From assembly GCA_963693055.1 (NCBI GenBank), contig OY843751.1:1370072-1434071 (forward strand): a stretch of 64,000 nucleotides of DNA, in the 5' to 3' direction. The notes below the pieces were generated by a model. The model made no database searches and was not told the origin of the DNA. It saw only the letters and a program-made list of their open reading frames with translations. Position 1 is the first letter of the stretch. Each line of letters starts with the position of its first letter. A program made the translations under genes and the position numbers. This document shows positions 8,496 to 18,074 of the stretch, piece by piece. This stretch comes from a bacterium (GTDB lineage Bacteria; Zhuqueibacterota; Zhuqueibacteria; Residuimicrobiales; Krinioviventaceae).

Positions 8496-11114
8496 TTACT
8501 TTATTAATAATATTTTTTGTATCTGGTTAAATCCATTTGCCTGCATTTTTACCAGATATGTTCCGCTTGCTACTGTTACGCCTGAATCCGTTGAGCCGTC
8601 CCATTGGATGGTATATTCACCGGCAGCCTGGTGCTGATCGGCCAGCATTTTGATCTGGCGGCCCAATATGTCATAAACAGCGAGAGTCATATGGCTGTCT
8701 ATCGCTAACTGGTATTTGATCATTGTGGTTGGATTAAAAGGATTGGGATACGCCGCGAATAACTGTGTAGTTGTGGGGATTGCGCTCATATCTACAGCCG
8801 TTGTCGAAATAACGGATTTTAGTCCGGTTGTGCTGACTTGGAAGAGGCGATAATCGTAATCCATTCCAGCGGTTACATCGGTATCGCTATAGCTGTATTG
8901 TGACGAAGAGGAAGCAGTGCCTTTTCCCACGAGCGCGTTATTGGATTGGTAGGAAGCGATCTGCTGCCAGTCGGATTTATCTGTTTTGCGCTCAATGATA
9001 AAGCCCAGGTTGTCAATTTCGCTGGCTGTGGCCCAGGTCAGTTCAACGGCGCTGTTTTTAGGTGTGGCGTTAAACGCGACCAGTTCAACAGGCAGCGAGG
9101 CGTCGCCACCGGAGAGTGGACCGTTAGAGATAGAGCTTGCAAGCGTGCCGTTACTCAGGGTCAGGCTGGCATCATTCACCAATACGCCCTGCACAACGCC
9201 CGTGGCCGCGCCTGAAACATCTCCGGTGAGAAAATAGTAAACACCACCGGTGCTGATGGCGCTGGTGAATCCTGAGAAAGAAGCGGAATTTTCATCGCCG
9301 GGATCGGAAACGACCGTGGCGCCGAGCTGGGTATCGGCCCCGGACTCAAAAGTAGCGTCCGTGGATGACCACAGTTTAAGGTTTGAGAGTCCGGTACGGG
9401 TACCGTTGAGTTGAATAGAGGCGGCGGTCAGGTCTGCACCTGCCACATCGCCGGTCAATTGAAACCGCCCCAGGGCTTGGTCCGTACTGCCTTGTGAAAC
9501 AACGGGTGAAAAACCGCTGCCGTTGGTAAAGGTAATGGTAGCACTGTTTGTGGTTACATTGTTAGGATTTCCAGTCTCTGACCCGGTCAAATAAAGCTCT
9601 GACCCGGCGCCCTGATTATATTCGCAAACATGTATACGATAGGTCGTTCCCGGGGCAAGGCCGCTGACAGATTCGCTTGTGCCCGGTCCGTTATAAATAC
9701 AATACCAGCCGGAAGAACCAATCTGGCTACCAGAGCCGAATGTTGTGTTGGCAGTGTATGTGCTGTTATCTACCGGACTTGCAGTGCCGGAAGATGTAGC
9801 TGCCATAAACACGGCACAATTGGCGCCGTCTCCCCGGGTCCAGGATATTGTTGCGCTTGCTGCCGTCAGGTTGGAAAAAGTAACATCCGTGGCCTGGCTT
9901 GTTGGCGCGGCAATTAACTCAAAAGCCCCAATATCTGCATTTGTTCCACAGGGACGAGAGTAACCCCGCTGGTCTGTAGGATAAACACCGTTATAAGAAT
10001 TTCCACCTTCTGGAATGGCATTGATTGCGGCGCTGCCGGTTAAAAGAGCATGAGTTTTTGTACTTCCTCCATTGTTTGCCAAAGTGCCAATGTTTAATGT
10101 GCCGCTTTGTATATCACCGGTCCCGGTTAAAGAAGCCAAAACCCCATTACAAAGATTGTATCCTTGTGAATTAAGAGAGCCACTGCCACTGGTATTTAAA
10201 TTTGCACCTGTAGAAGCCGTGTTGTTGGCAAGAATTGTGTTTTTCATATTAACGGTGGCAGTTCTTAAATTAATACCACCACCGTTTGTTGCCGAGTTGT
10301 TAACAATAGTACACGAATTTATGTTTATTGTGTTATTGGCCGTTCCATCAGAATAAGCGCCCCCTTGATTGGTGGCACTATTACCTGATAGTGTAGAGTT
10401 TTTTATATTAACATTCCCGTCATACCAATAGATACCACCACCTATATCAGCTGACTGGTTATTACTTATCGTGCAATTGGTAACAGTTAAACTTCCGGTA
10501 GATTGATACTGTCCAATGGCAGCGCCCATGTCGGCATTATTATTTTCAAGGGTACAATTTTCTATTGTAATACTTCCGTTATAAGAGCCCACAGCGCCTC
10601 CCCTGTCTGCTGCTGTGTTCCCTGAAAAAACAGAGTTTGTTATTTGCACAGTTCCATTATAATTATCAACAGCTCCTCCGCTCCCGCTGCCTGTAACCTG
10701 GTTCCCGGAAAAAAAACAGTTATTTATAGTCAATGTTCCTAGATTGTTCTCTATTCCGGCACCATAATTTGATACAAAGCCATTTATTATAGATAAATTA
10801 TTAATCTCAACAGTAGCACTAACTTCTATTACTCTGGAAGAATTTCCTCCGCTAATTGTTAGTTGAGAAGCACCGGGTCCGTTAATTGTTAGGTTCTTGG
10901 AAATAGAAAGTTGAGAAGAAAGAGTAATTGTACCGGTAACAGAAAAATCAATATCATCGCCCGGAGATGCATCGGTAATGGCCTGCCTTAAAGAACCAGC
11001 ATTGGAATCGTTTGTATTCGTAACAGTAATAGTTGCAGCTAAAGTCTGTTGATAGATACCAAGAAAAACCAGACAGATTATGAAAAGACTTTTTTTTAAG
11101 ATGATTTTTATCAT
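8496..11114 (-). CDS. Large secreted adhesin-like protein: PMP-like right-handed beta-helix repeats + FN3 + FN3-like module + T9SS CTD
   Basis: 872 aa with a signal peptide. Repeated GGAV/GGAI...FSGN motifs (polymorphic outer-membrane-protein / parallel beta-helix type). An FN3 segment (ISWTRGDGANCAVFMAATSSGTASPVDNSTYTANT...TTYRIHVCEYN) is nearly identical at DNA level to 11386..13410. Module ASLPVELVAFNATPKNSAVELTWATASEIDNLGFIIERK plus CTD. Confidence 0.85.
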   Translation of the reverse strand: MIKIILKKSLFIICLVFLGIYQQTLAATITVTNTNDSNAGSLRQAITDASPGDDIDFSVTGTITLSSQLSISKNLTINGPGASQLTISGGNSSRVIEVSATVEINNLSIINGFVSNYGAGIENNLGTLTINNCFFSGNQVTGSGSGGAVDNYNGTVQITNSVFSGNTAADRGGAVGSYNGSITIENCTLENNNADMGAAIGQYQSTGSLTVTNCTISNNQSADIGGGIYWYDGNVNIKNSTLSGNSATNQGGAYSDGTANNTININSCTIVNNSATNGGGINLRTATVNMKNTILANNTASTGANLNTSGSGSLNSQGYNLCNGVLASLTGTGDIQSGTLNIGTLANNGGSTKTHALLTGSAAINAIPEGGNSYNGVYPTDQRGYSRPCGTNADIGAFELIAAPTSQATDVTFSNLTAASATISWTRGDGANCAVFMAATSSGTASPVDNSTYTANTTFGSGSQIGSSGWYCIYNGPGTSESVSGLAPGTTYRIHVCEYNQGAGSELYLTGSETGNPNNVTTNSATITFTNGSGFSPVVSQGSTDQALGRFQLTGDVAGADLTAASIQLNGTRTGLSNLKLWSSTDATFESGADTQLGATVVSDPGDENSASFSGFTSAISTGGVYYFLTGDVSGAATGVVQGVLVNDASLTLSNGTLASSISNGPLSGGDASLPVELVAFNATPKNSAVELTWATASEIDNLGFIIERKTDKSDWQQIASYQSNNALVGKGTASSSSQYSYSDTDVTAGMDYDYRLFQVSTTGLKSVISTTAVDMSAIPTTTQLFAAYPNPFNPTTMIKYQLAIDSHMTLAVYDILGRQIKMLADQHQAAGEYTIQWDGSTDSGVTVASGTYLVKMQANGFNQIQKILLIK

Positions 11115-11385
11115 TTTTGCTCCTATGGAATTTTGGGTTTAAACTGCAATCACACATAAAGTAAAAATTAATATACAATGATTCAATGAAAAATATAAAG
11201 CAGTCAGTTTTATAATACTCTGTTGTAAATGTAAGCATTGTTGGGGACTGAAACCAAGTCTGTAAGTTGCAAAAGGCCGATGCTATGTTGCATTAAAGAA
11301 AAGTAGGGAAAAATTTGTCAAGTAAGCGGTGAAAAATATGGGGGGGACCGGCAAATGGGCGCCAGTCCCTAACAAAAGCAAGAAT

Positions 11386-13410
11386 TTATTTCATCAAGAT
11401 AATTTTTTGTAACTGCGACCGGCCACCTGCCTGCAAACGCACCAGGTAGGCGCCGCTGGGCGCAGCCAGTCCGGCGTTTGTTGTGCCGTTCCAGGTGGCT
11501 GCGTACTCACCCGCAGATTGTTGTTGGTTAACCAATTGTTTGACCTGGCGGCCCAACACATCGTACACGGCCAGGGTCACGTGACTGTCGTTTGCCAACT
11601 GGTATTTGAGTGTGGTCTGCGGATTAAACGGATTGGGATACGCCGCGAACAGTTGCGTGGTGGTTGGCGTTACAGCGGCAGTAACCTCAGTTGTGGCAAG
11701 AGCATTAACCTGACCATTCACATCCACATCAGACAGTCGATATGTATAGCTGCCGCCCGCTGTCACATCTTTGTCGGTATAGCTGTATAGTTTTGGCGAG
11801 GAAGCAGTGCCTTTTCCCACGAGCGCGTTATTGGATTGGTAGGAAGCGATCTGCTGCCAGTCGGATTTATCTGTTTTGCGCTCAATGATAAAGCCCAGGT
11901 TGTCGGTTTCACTGGCAGTGGTCCATTCCACTGCAACACTATTGCCTTTTTTTGTGGCTGAAAAAGAAACAAGCTCAACCGGCAGGGAAGCGTCGCCATT
12001 AGAAAGCGGGGCGTTGGTTATAGTACCGGACAGTGTACCGGAGGCAATGGTCAGGCTGCTGTTATTGACGAGCACACCCTGCACGACACCGGTAGCATCA
12101 GAGGCCACATCACCGGTAAGAAAATAATAAACATCGCTGGTACCTATTGCGCTGGTAAAACTTGCAAAAGTCGCCGTGCTGCCGTCTCCGGGATCAGCAG
12201 TCACAGTGGCCCCGAGTTGTGTATCCGAGCCGAATGCTGCATCAGCAGACATCCATAGTTTCAGGTTCGAGAGACCTGTACGGGTGCCGTTGAGCTGGAT
12301 GGATGCATCTGTGAGTGACGCGCCTGCAACATCACCGGCCAACTGGAAGCGACCTAAAACCTGATCAGTACTGCCTTTGGTGATGTCGGGAGCAAAACCG
12401 CTGCCGTCTGTGAATGTTACGCTGGCATCGGCTGTGATTACATTATCAGGATTATCGGTGCCGGTTGTAGTCATATATACTTCGGAACCGGGGCCCCCGT
12501 TATATTCGCAAACATGTACACGATAGGTTGTATTTAAACTTAATCCACTGACAGATACACTCGTTCCTGTACCATTATAAACACAATACCAGCCGCTGGA
12601 ACCGACTTGCGTTCCTGAACCGAATGCTGTATTAGCAGTGTAGGTGCTGTTATCTACCGGACTTGCAGTGCCGGAAGATGTAGCTGCCATAAACACGGCA
12701 CAATTGGCGCCGTCTCCCCGGGTCCAGCTAATGGTTGTTCCGGAAGCAGAAGTACTGGAAAATCCTACGTTTGAAGCCTGGGTGGTGGGGGCGGGGGTGA
12801 CTGCCGTACCTATACTAATATTATTAAAGCCTGCTTTGATTTTAGTGCCGGAAACGTTTGTAATTCTTACTTCATCCACATTGCCAAAAATGCTGGTAGA
12901 AAAATCTGACAAGGTAAATGTTTCCTCATGCGAGGTGCCATTGACGCTCAAGTTTACCGAACCCGTGGATACATTGTCTTTGAATCCTTCAAAGTTTGAT
13001 GTGGCCTGGCTGTTGTCAAACAAATAATCCGTGATGTAAATGGATTGAAAGCTGAATTCACTTCCGTCATTGCTCATTATAACGATTACTGTAGGTAAAT
13101 TATTTTCTTCAACAATCGTATTCCCGGTTGTAACATCAATAGGTATCACCTGGTCGTGCGTCATAAACATATATTCTTTTGAATAAAAAACAAAACTACC
13201 GGTATTGGTGCGGGACGTAGCATCCGCGTCTGTCATAGCACCAAAAACATTCAATTGTATGCCGGGAATGTCATTTGAAAAAATGCCGTCATGAAGAATT
13301 TGTCCTATATTGGTCTCATCTGTCCCTGTAAACGCAACGGTGCCGGTTTGGGCGAATAGGGATGTGGAATTGAATAGTACCAAGATTGATAAGCAGATTA
13401 ACTTTTTCAT
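11386..13410 (-). CDS. Secreted adhesin-like protein: N-terminal domain + FN3 + FN3-like module + T9SS CTD (paralog of 8496..11114)
   Basis: 674 aa with signal peptide MKKLICLSILVLFNSTSLFAQ. It shares an identical nucleotide block (12643-12725 = 9763-9845) with 8496..11114. Module ASLPVELVSFSATKKGNSVAVEWTTASETDNLGFIIERK; CTD LFAAYPNPFNPQTTLKYQLANDSHVTLAVYDVLGRQVK. Confidence 0.85.
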   Translation of the reverse strand: MKKLICLSILVLFNSTSLFAQTGTVAFTGTDETNIGQILHDGIFSNDIPGIQLNVFGAMTDADATSRTNTGSFVFYSKEYMFMTHDQVIPIDVTTGNTIVEENNLPTVIVIMSNDGSEFSFQSIYITDYLFDNSQATSNFEGFKDNVSTGSVNLSVNGTSHEETFTLSDFSTSIFGNVDEVRITNVSGTKIKAGFNNISIGTAVTPAPTTQASNVGFSSTSASGTTISWTRGDGANCAVFMAATSSGTASPVDNSTYTANTAFGSGTQVGSSGWYCVYNGTGTSVSVSGLSLNTTYRVHVCEYNGGPGSEVYMTTTGTDNPDNVITADASVTFTDGSGFAPDITKGSTDQVLGRFQLAGDVAGASLTDASIQLNGTRTGLSNLKLWMSADAAFGSDTQLGATVTADPGDGSTATFASFTSAIGTSDVYYFLTGDVASDATGVVQGVLVNNSSLTIASGTLSGTITNAPLSNGDASLPVELVSFSATKKGNSVAVEWTTASETDNLGFIIERKTDKSDWQQIASYQSNNALVGKGTASSPKLYSYTDKDVTAGGSYTYRLSDVDVNGQVNALATTEVTAAVTPTTTQLFAAYPNPFNPQTTLKYQLANDSHVTLAVYDVLGRQVKQLVNQQQSAGEYAATWNGTTNAGLAAPSGAYLVRLQAGGRSQLQKIILMK

Positions 13411-13594
13411 AAGAACCTCATTTGTTTAGAATAGCTATTTATAATGACGGTTAGTTATTGGTAATTTCAAAACATAAATATCACAATTTTTATGCCAGGT
13501 TTTTTAGTTTGCGTTTCGGAGAGAAGAAAGAAAAGAGAACCCCCAAAGTCCTTTGTTTAGGGCTTTGAGGGTTGTAAAAGTTTTTTATGATTTT

Positions 13595-15418
13595 TTACTT
13601 CATCAATAGGATCTTTTGTACCTGTGATGTATTACCTGCTTGAAATCTTGTCAGGTACATTCCGCTTGGAGCTGCTGTACCGGAATTAGTTGTACCGTCC
13701 CAGGAGACAGATTGTTCTCCGGCTGTTTGCTGCCCGCTGACCAGTGTTTTGATCTTGCGACCCAGAACGTCGTAAACAGCCAATGTTACATGGCTGTCTT
13801 TTGCCAGATTATAATTCAGTGTTGTAGTGGGATTGAATGGATTGGGATACGCCGCAAACAGTTGCGTGCTGGTTGGTGTTCTAGTTATTTCAACAGTTGT
13901 CGTTGATAGAACATTCACCTGACCACTGGTACTGACTTCTGACAAGCGATAGGAATATTGGTTGTCAGGTAAAACAGAGGTATCGTTATAGCTGTAATGT
14001 GTAGATGATTGTTTGGCGCCTTGTCCTGTTAATTGCTCGTTTTGCAAATAAGAAGCAATCTGCTGCCATTGTGTGTTTTTGGATTTGCGCTCGATGATAA
14101 ATCCCAGGTTGTCAATTTCGCTGGCTGTGGTCCATTCCAGGTGAATTGTGTTGGCTTTGTATGATGCTGTAAAGGAGACCAGTTCCACGGGTAATGCATC
14201 GTCACCGACTTTGTACTCATATGTACCCATGTCGATGGTGCCCGCCGCTCCTGTGGTTTTATCCAGTTTTCGGTCGTAGCCGTTACCGCGGATATCATAA
14301 CTTTCAGTGCAATAGCTGTCGTTACCGGTATCGGCACAGGGAGAAATACCGGAAATACTGTAGGGATGATCTGCATTGTTGGATACACCAACAAATAGTG
14401 GATTGGTAGTGATGCAATTATTGGTGGCCGTTAGCGTGCCGCCATTATTATAAATGTCACCTGCATCGTTTCCATAGCAGCTATAATTTAAAATGGGCGC
14501 TCCTGTGTCTATATAGATTTCATTACCATTGGTAGTACTTGAATTACCCCAAATGATACAGTTATATAATTCAGGATCAGAATTGTTCGAGTATATTCCT
14601 CCTCCATTGTCCGCGGAATTACCAGTAATGGTTACATTTGTCATTTGCATGGCTGATGATAACAAACATATACTGCCACCGTCTCCATCACATGTGTTAT
14701 CACTGATCAATCCATTGATGAGAATGGGGGCGCCGGATGTATTATAAATTGCACCACCGGATACTGTTGCATAATTGCCAGTGAATGAGCAGTTGGTCAT
14801 GCTTAAACCTGATCTTGTGTTAAGTATGGCACCACCGTATTTCGCTTCATTGTTTTTAAAAGTAACATTTACAAGCGTTGGTGTGCAGGTATTATTATAC
14901 ATTCCACCACCATAAACGTGCTGTGGTTGCTCTGAGTCAACATAATATGCCATGCCATCACTGATGGTTACACCATCAAGTACAGCTGTATTATCCAGGC
15001 TGATACTATTATGATAGAATACATGGTAACAATGATCACCGCCCAGGTCGCCACTGAGAATGGTCTCATTGTCTTGTCCCGGGGCATAATTGGTGCGTTC
15101 GCTAACAACAGATTCTGTCCCTGCGAATCCACCATAGACAGTTACACCATTGATCAATCTGAAATGGTTATAAGTCGATCTGTTTCCACCAGCAAGGCCA
15201 TAGTCGTAGGAGGGGACGTAGGTGCCTTTGGCGATCCAGATTTCATCGGGAGATGCCGCAACGTTCAAGGCTGATTGTAATGAGGTGTAGGCGTGGGTCC
15301 AACTGCTACCATCATCGTTTCCAGATGCATTGATATCAACATAGATGGTGGCGCTCCATAGGGGTAGAACAATAGCAAGAGAAACAAGAACCATGAGTAT
15401 AGTCTTTTTCATGATCAA
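13595..15418 (-). CDS. Secreted PMP-like beta-helix protein + FN3-like module + T9SS CTD
   Basis: 607 aa with a signal peptide. Parallel beta-helix/PMP-type repeats (GGAILNTRSGLSMTNCSFTGN...SGGAIYNTSG...GGSICLL); module ALPVELVSFTASYKANTIHLEWTTASEIDNLGFIIERK; CTD LFAAYPNPFNPTTTLNYNLAKDSHVTLAVYDVLGRKIK. Confidence 0.85.
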   Translation of the reverse strand: MIMKKTILMVLVSLAIVLPLWSATIYVDINASGNDDGSSWTHAYTSLQSALNVAASPDEIWIAKGTYVPSYDYGLAGGNRSTYNHFRLINGVTVYGGFAGTESVVSERTNYAPGQDNETILSGDLGGDHCYHVFYHNSISLDNTAVLDGVTISDGMAYYVDSEQPQHVYGGGMYNNTCTPTLVNVTFKNNEAKYGGAILNTRSGLSMTNCSFTGNYATVSGGAIYNTSGAPILINGLISDNTCDGDGGSICLLSSAMQMTNVTITGNSADNGGGIYSNNSDPELYNCIIWGNSSTTNGNEIYIDTGAPILNYSCYGNDAGDIYNNGGTLTATNNCITTNPLFVGVSNNADHPYSISGISPCADTGNDSYCTESYDIRGNGYDRKLDKTTGAAGTIDMGTYEYKVGDDALPVELVSFTASYKANTIHLEWTTASEIDNLGFIIERKSKNTQWQQIASYLQNEQLTGQGAKQSSTHYSYNDTSVLPDNQYSYRLSEVSTSGQVNVLSTTTVEITRTPTSTQLFAAYPNPFNPTTTLNYNLAKDSHVTLAVYDVLGRKIKTLVSGQQTAGEQSVSWDGTTNSGTAAPSGMYLTRFQAGNTSQVQKILLMK

Positions 15419-15936
15419 TTCCTTGTTGTTTTGATTCGCAAACTGTTTTTTTATATGGAGATTTGAGAAAAGTAATATTGAATATAGAAAACTAGATTGT
15501 AAAAATCAAATCTAAATCATTAATTATTTTATAAATATGTTTTTTTTGATTTTGTCTCCAAATCGCATTTGGATCGGAGAGTTGTTGGTTTTTTCAAGAT
15601 TATGACCTTTTTCAATACTCACTTTGAGGCTAGGTTCCGATTATTAGAACCTGCAAATGAGATACTGTCTGCGAACGGTCTGTTTATGTTATGCTGAGAT
15701 TTCGTAAACATGAATTTATTAAAACTTTCAACTGGACAAAATATTAAAGGTTGTCCGAAATTATTTGATACGTATCTGGATAAATGTCTCAATTTCTCAT
15801 TTATCCATTTGCAGAATAGTTTCAATTCAGGTTATAAATAGTGTCTTTCGGGAATGTAGCCCTTGCTTTCAAATTCCAAAGTTTGTAATTTAAAAATTAT
15901 AGATTTTAATTATTTTTTTGTAAAGGAGGGTTATAA

Positions 15937-17982
15937 ATGCAACATTCTCTTTTTCGTTTCTTTCTTTTGGGTACTCTATTCTTTTCATTATCTCTTGTTG
16001 CTGGCCCGTCTCAATCGCGACCTTTTACAGTGCATGAACTTTTAGCCATGGAGCGTATTGGAGCCCCTCAGGCTTCACCTGATGGACAGCAAATCGTTTT
16101 TTCCATTCGTAAAACCAATCTTGAAAAAAACAAAGGAGAATATGATCTCTATCTTGTGGATATAAACGGCAATTCTTTCAAAAGGCTGACGACCCATCCT
16201 TCTATTGATACCAGTCCCTGCTGGTCTATGGATGGGCAATGGATTTATTTTCTCTCTGCGCGGTCTGAATTTATGCAGGTGTGGCGAATTAGGCCGGACG
16301 GGGGCGAAGCGGAAAGAGTAACAAGCCTTGACCTGGATATTAACGATTATACAGTCGTTCCTTCTGGCAAAGGTCTGCTCCTTTCCATTGATGTATTCCC
16401 CGGTAAATCCATTCAGGAAACAAGTGAGGTGCTGCAAGCGCATGAAAACAGTAAAGCCACCGGTAAACTTTATAATCAGGCACTGTTCCGTCATTGGGAT
16501 GTGTGGGCAGATGGACGTTTTGCCCATTTGTTTTACCTTGATTTTGAAACAATGACACCTGTTGATCTGATGAGTGACATGCAGGCTAATGCTCCAACTA
16601 AACCCTGGGGGGGAATGGAAGAGATTGCATTTACCCCTGATGAACAAAGTGTCATTTTTACCGCCAAAGATGTGGGTGACCAGTCCGCCTGGTCTACAAA
16701 TTATGATTTGTTCAAGGTACCGCTCGATGGTACCCAGGCCCCGGAATGCCTGACTGCAACAAATAAAGCTTGGGATACCCAGCCGACGTTCTCCCCGGAC
16801 GGAAAAACCCTGGCGTATCTCGCCATGGCCAGGCCTGGCTTTGAAGCAGACCAATACCATATTATGTTGCGGGATTGGCAAACCGGTACTGCCAGAGAAC
16901 TTGGAAGTACCTGGGACCGTTCTCCATCTGCTATTTTCTGGAGTCCGGATGGTAAGATTCTATTTGCGGTTGCCGAAAATCTGGGACAGCTCGCCCTCTT
17001 TGCCATTGATGTAAAGTCAGAAAAAGTAACTCCGGTGATTGAACAGGGAACCATTCGCTCTCCGGTATTTGCGGGCGAACGCATTGTATTTGGACTGGAT
17101 CACTTAAAGTCTCCGGTTGAGCTCTATTCCATACGTCCTGATGGCAAGGACCGACAACAGATCACTCATGTAAATGACGAACTTGTAAAGCAGATTGCCT
17201 GGGGTGAACCAGAACAGTTTACTTTTAAGGGATGGAATAACGAGACAGTTTATGGCTATGTTGTTAAACCAGCAAATTTTGATCCTGCAAAAGAATATCC
17301 TGTGGCATTTTTAATTCACGGCGGACCGCAAGGGTCTTTTGGTAATGATTTTCACTATCGTTGGAATCCACAAGCCTATGCAGGGGCAGGGTACGCCGCT
17401 GTAATGATCGATTTTCATGGGTCTACAGGATACGGACAGGCCTTTACCGATGCTATCCGTGAAAACTGGGGTAGCCGGCCTTTTGAGGATTTGCAAAAAG
17501 GACTTGCCGCAGCCCTGGTGAAATATCCGTGGCTAGATGGGGACAAGGTGGGCGCTCTTGGTGCATCCTATGGAGGCTATATGATCAACTGGATTGCGGG
17601 AAACTGGCCTGACCGGTTCAAGTGTTTGGTCAATCATGATGGTAATTTTGATATTCGTATGGCGTATTACGATACAGAAGAACTCTGGTTTCCCGAGTGG
17701 GAGCATGGTGGTACACCCTGGGAACGTTCTGAAGTTTATGAACTACATAATCCCGTAAATCATGTAGACAAATGGAAAACACCCATGCTCGTTGTTCATG
17801 GTGAACTGGATTATCGTGTTCCTGTCACCCAGGGTATTGGAGCGTTCAACGCTTTACAGCGCAAAGACATTCCCAGTCAGTTCCTCTGTTTCCCGGATGA
17901 AAACCACTGGGTGCTCAAACCTCACAACTCTATCTTGTGGCACAACACGGTGATTGGCTGGTTGGACAAGTGGCTAAAGTAG
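15937..17982 (+). CDS. S9 family serine peptidase (prolyl oligopeptidase / acylaminoacyl-peptidase-like), secreted
   Basis: 681 aa. Signal peptide, N-terminal beta-propeller region, C-terminal alpha/beta-hydrolase domain with GASYGGYM (GxSxG), HGELDYRVP and DENHW catalytic-triad context. AAAGGAGGG RBS 8 nt upstream. Confidence 0.85.
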   Translation: MQHSLFRFFLLGTLFFSLSLVAGPSQSRPFTVHELLAMERIGAPQASPDGQQIVFSIRKTNLEKNKGEYDLYLVDINGNSFKRLTTHPSIDTSPCWSMDGQWIYFLSARSEFMQVWRIRPDGGEAERVTSLDLDINDYTVVPSGKGLLLSIDVFPGKSIQETSEVLQAHENSKATGKLYNQALFRHWDVWADGRFAHLFYLDFETMTPVDLMSDMQANAPTKPWGGMEEIAFTPDEQSVIFTAKDVGDQSAWSTNYDLFKVPLDGTQAPECLTATNKAWDTQPTFSPDGKTLAYLAMARPGFEADQYHIMLRDWQTGTARELGSTWDRSPSAIFWSPDGKILFAVAENLGQLALFAIDVKSEKVTPVIEQGTIRSPVFAGERIVFGLDHLKSPVELYSIRPDGKDRQQITHVNDELVKQIAWGEPEQFTFKGWNNETVYGYVVKPANFDPAKEYPVAFLIHGGPQGSFGNDFHYRWNPQAYAGAGYAAVMIDFHGSTGYGQAFTDAIRENWGSRPFEDLQKGLAAALVKYPWLDGDKVGALGASYGGYMINWIAGNWPDRFKCLVNHDGNFDIRMAYYDTEELWFPEWEHGGTPWERSEVYELHNPVNHVDKWKTPMLVVHGELDYRVPVTQGIGAFNALQRKDIPSQFLCFPDENHWVLKPHNSILWHNTVIGWLDKWLK

Positions 17983-18027
17983 GTTGTAAATAATTGATTC
18001 ACTGCCGGGGGCGTTAGTTAATAAAAT

Positions 18028-18056
18028 TTGCCAGGCACATTTCTAGTGCCTGGCAA
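18028..18056. terminator. Bidirectional rho-independent terminator between convergent genes
   Basis: Perfect 11-bp inverted repeat TTGCCAGGCAC-atttcta-GTGCCTGGCAA between the 15937..17982(+) stop and the 18075..20000(-) stop, with AT-rich flanks. Confidence 0.6.
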
Positions 18057-18074
18057 TTGTAATTCAAACGTCTG

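Noticed and set aside
10954-11238. 94-aa minus-strand ORF spanning the start region of 8496..11114
   Set aside because: It overlaps the N-terminus and upstream region of the large adhesin gene in another frame; the Cys/Phe/Tyr-rich low-complexity translation gives no support.
16075-17084. Minus-strand ORFs of 268 aa and 127 aa overlapping the S9 peptidase gene
   Set aside because: They are antisense to a CDS with clear catalytic-triad motifs, have no signal or RBS and show Cys/Arg/His-rich composition; spurious.
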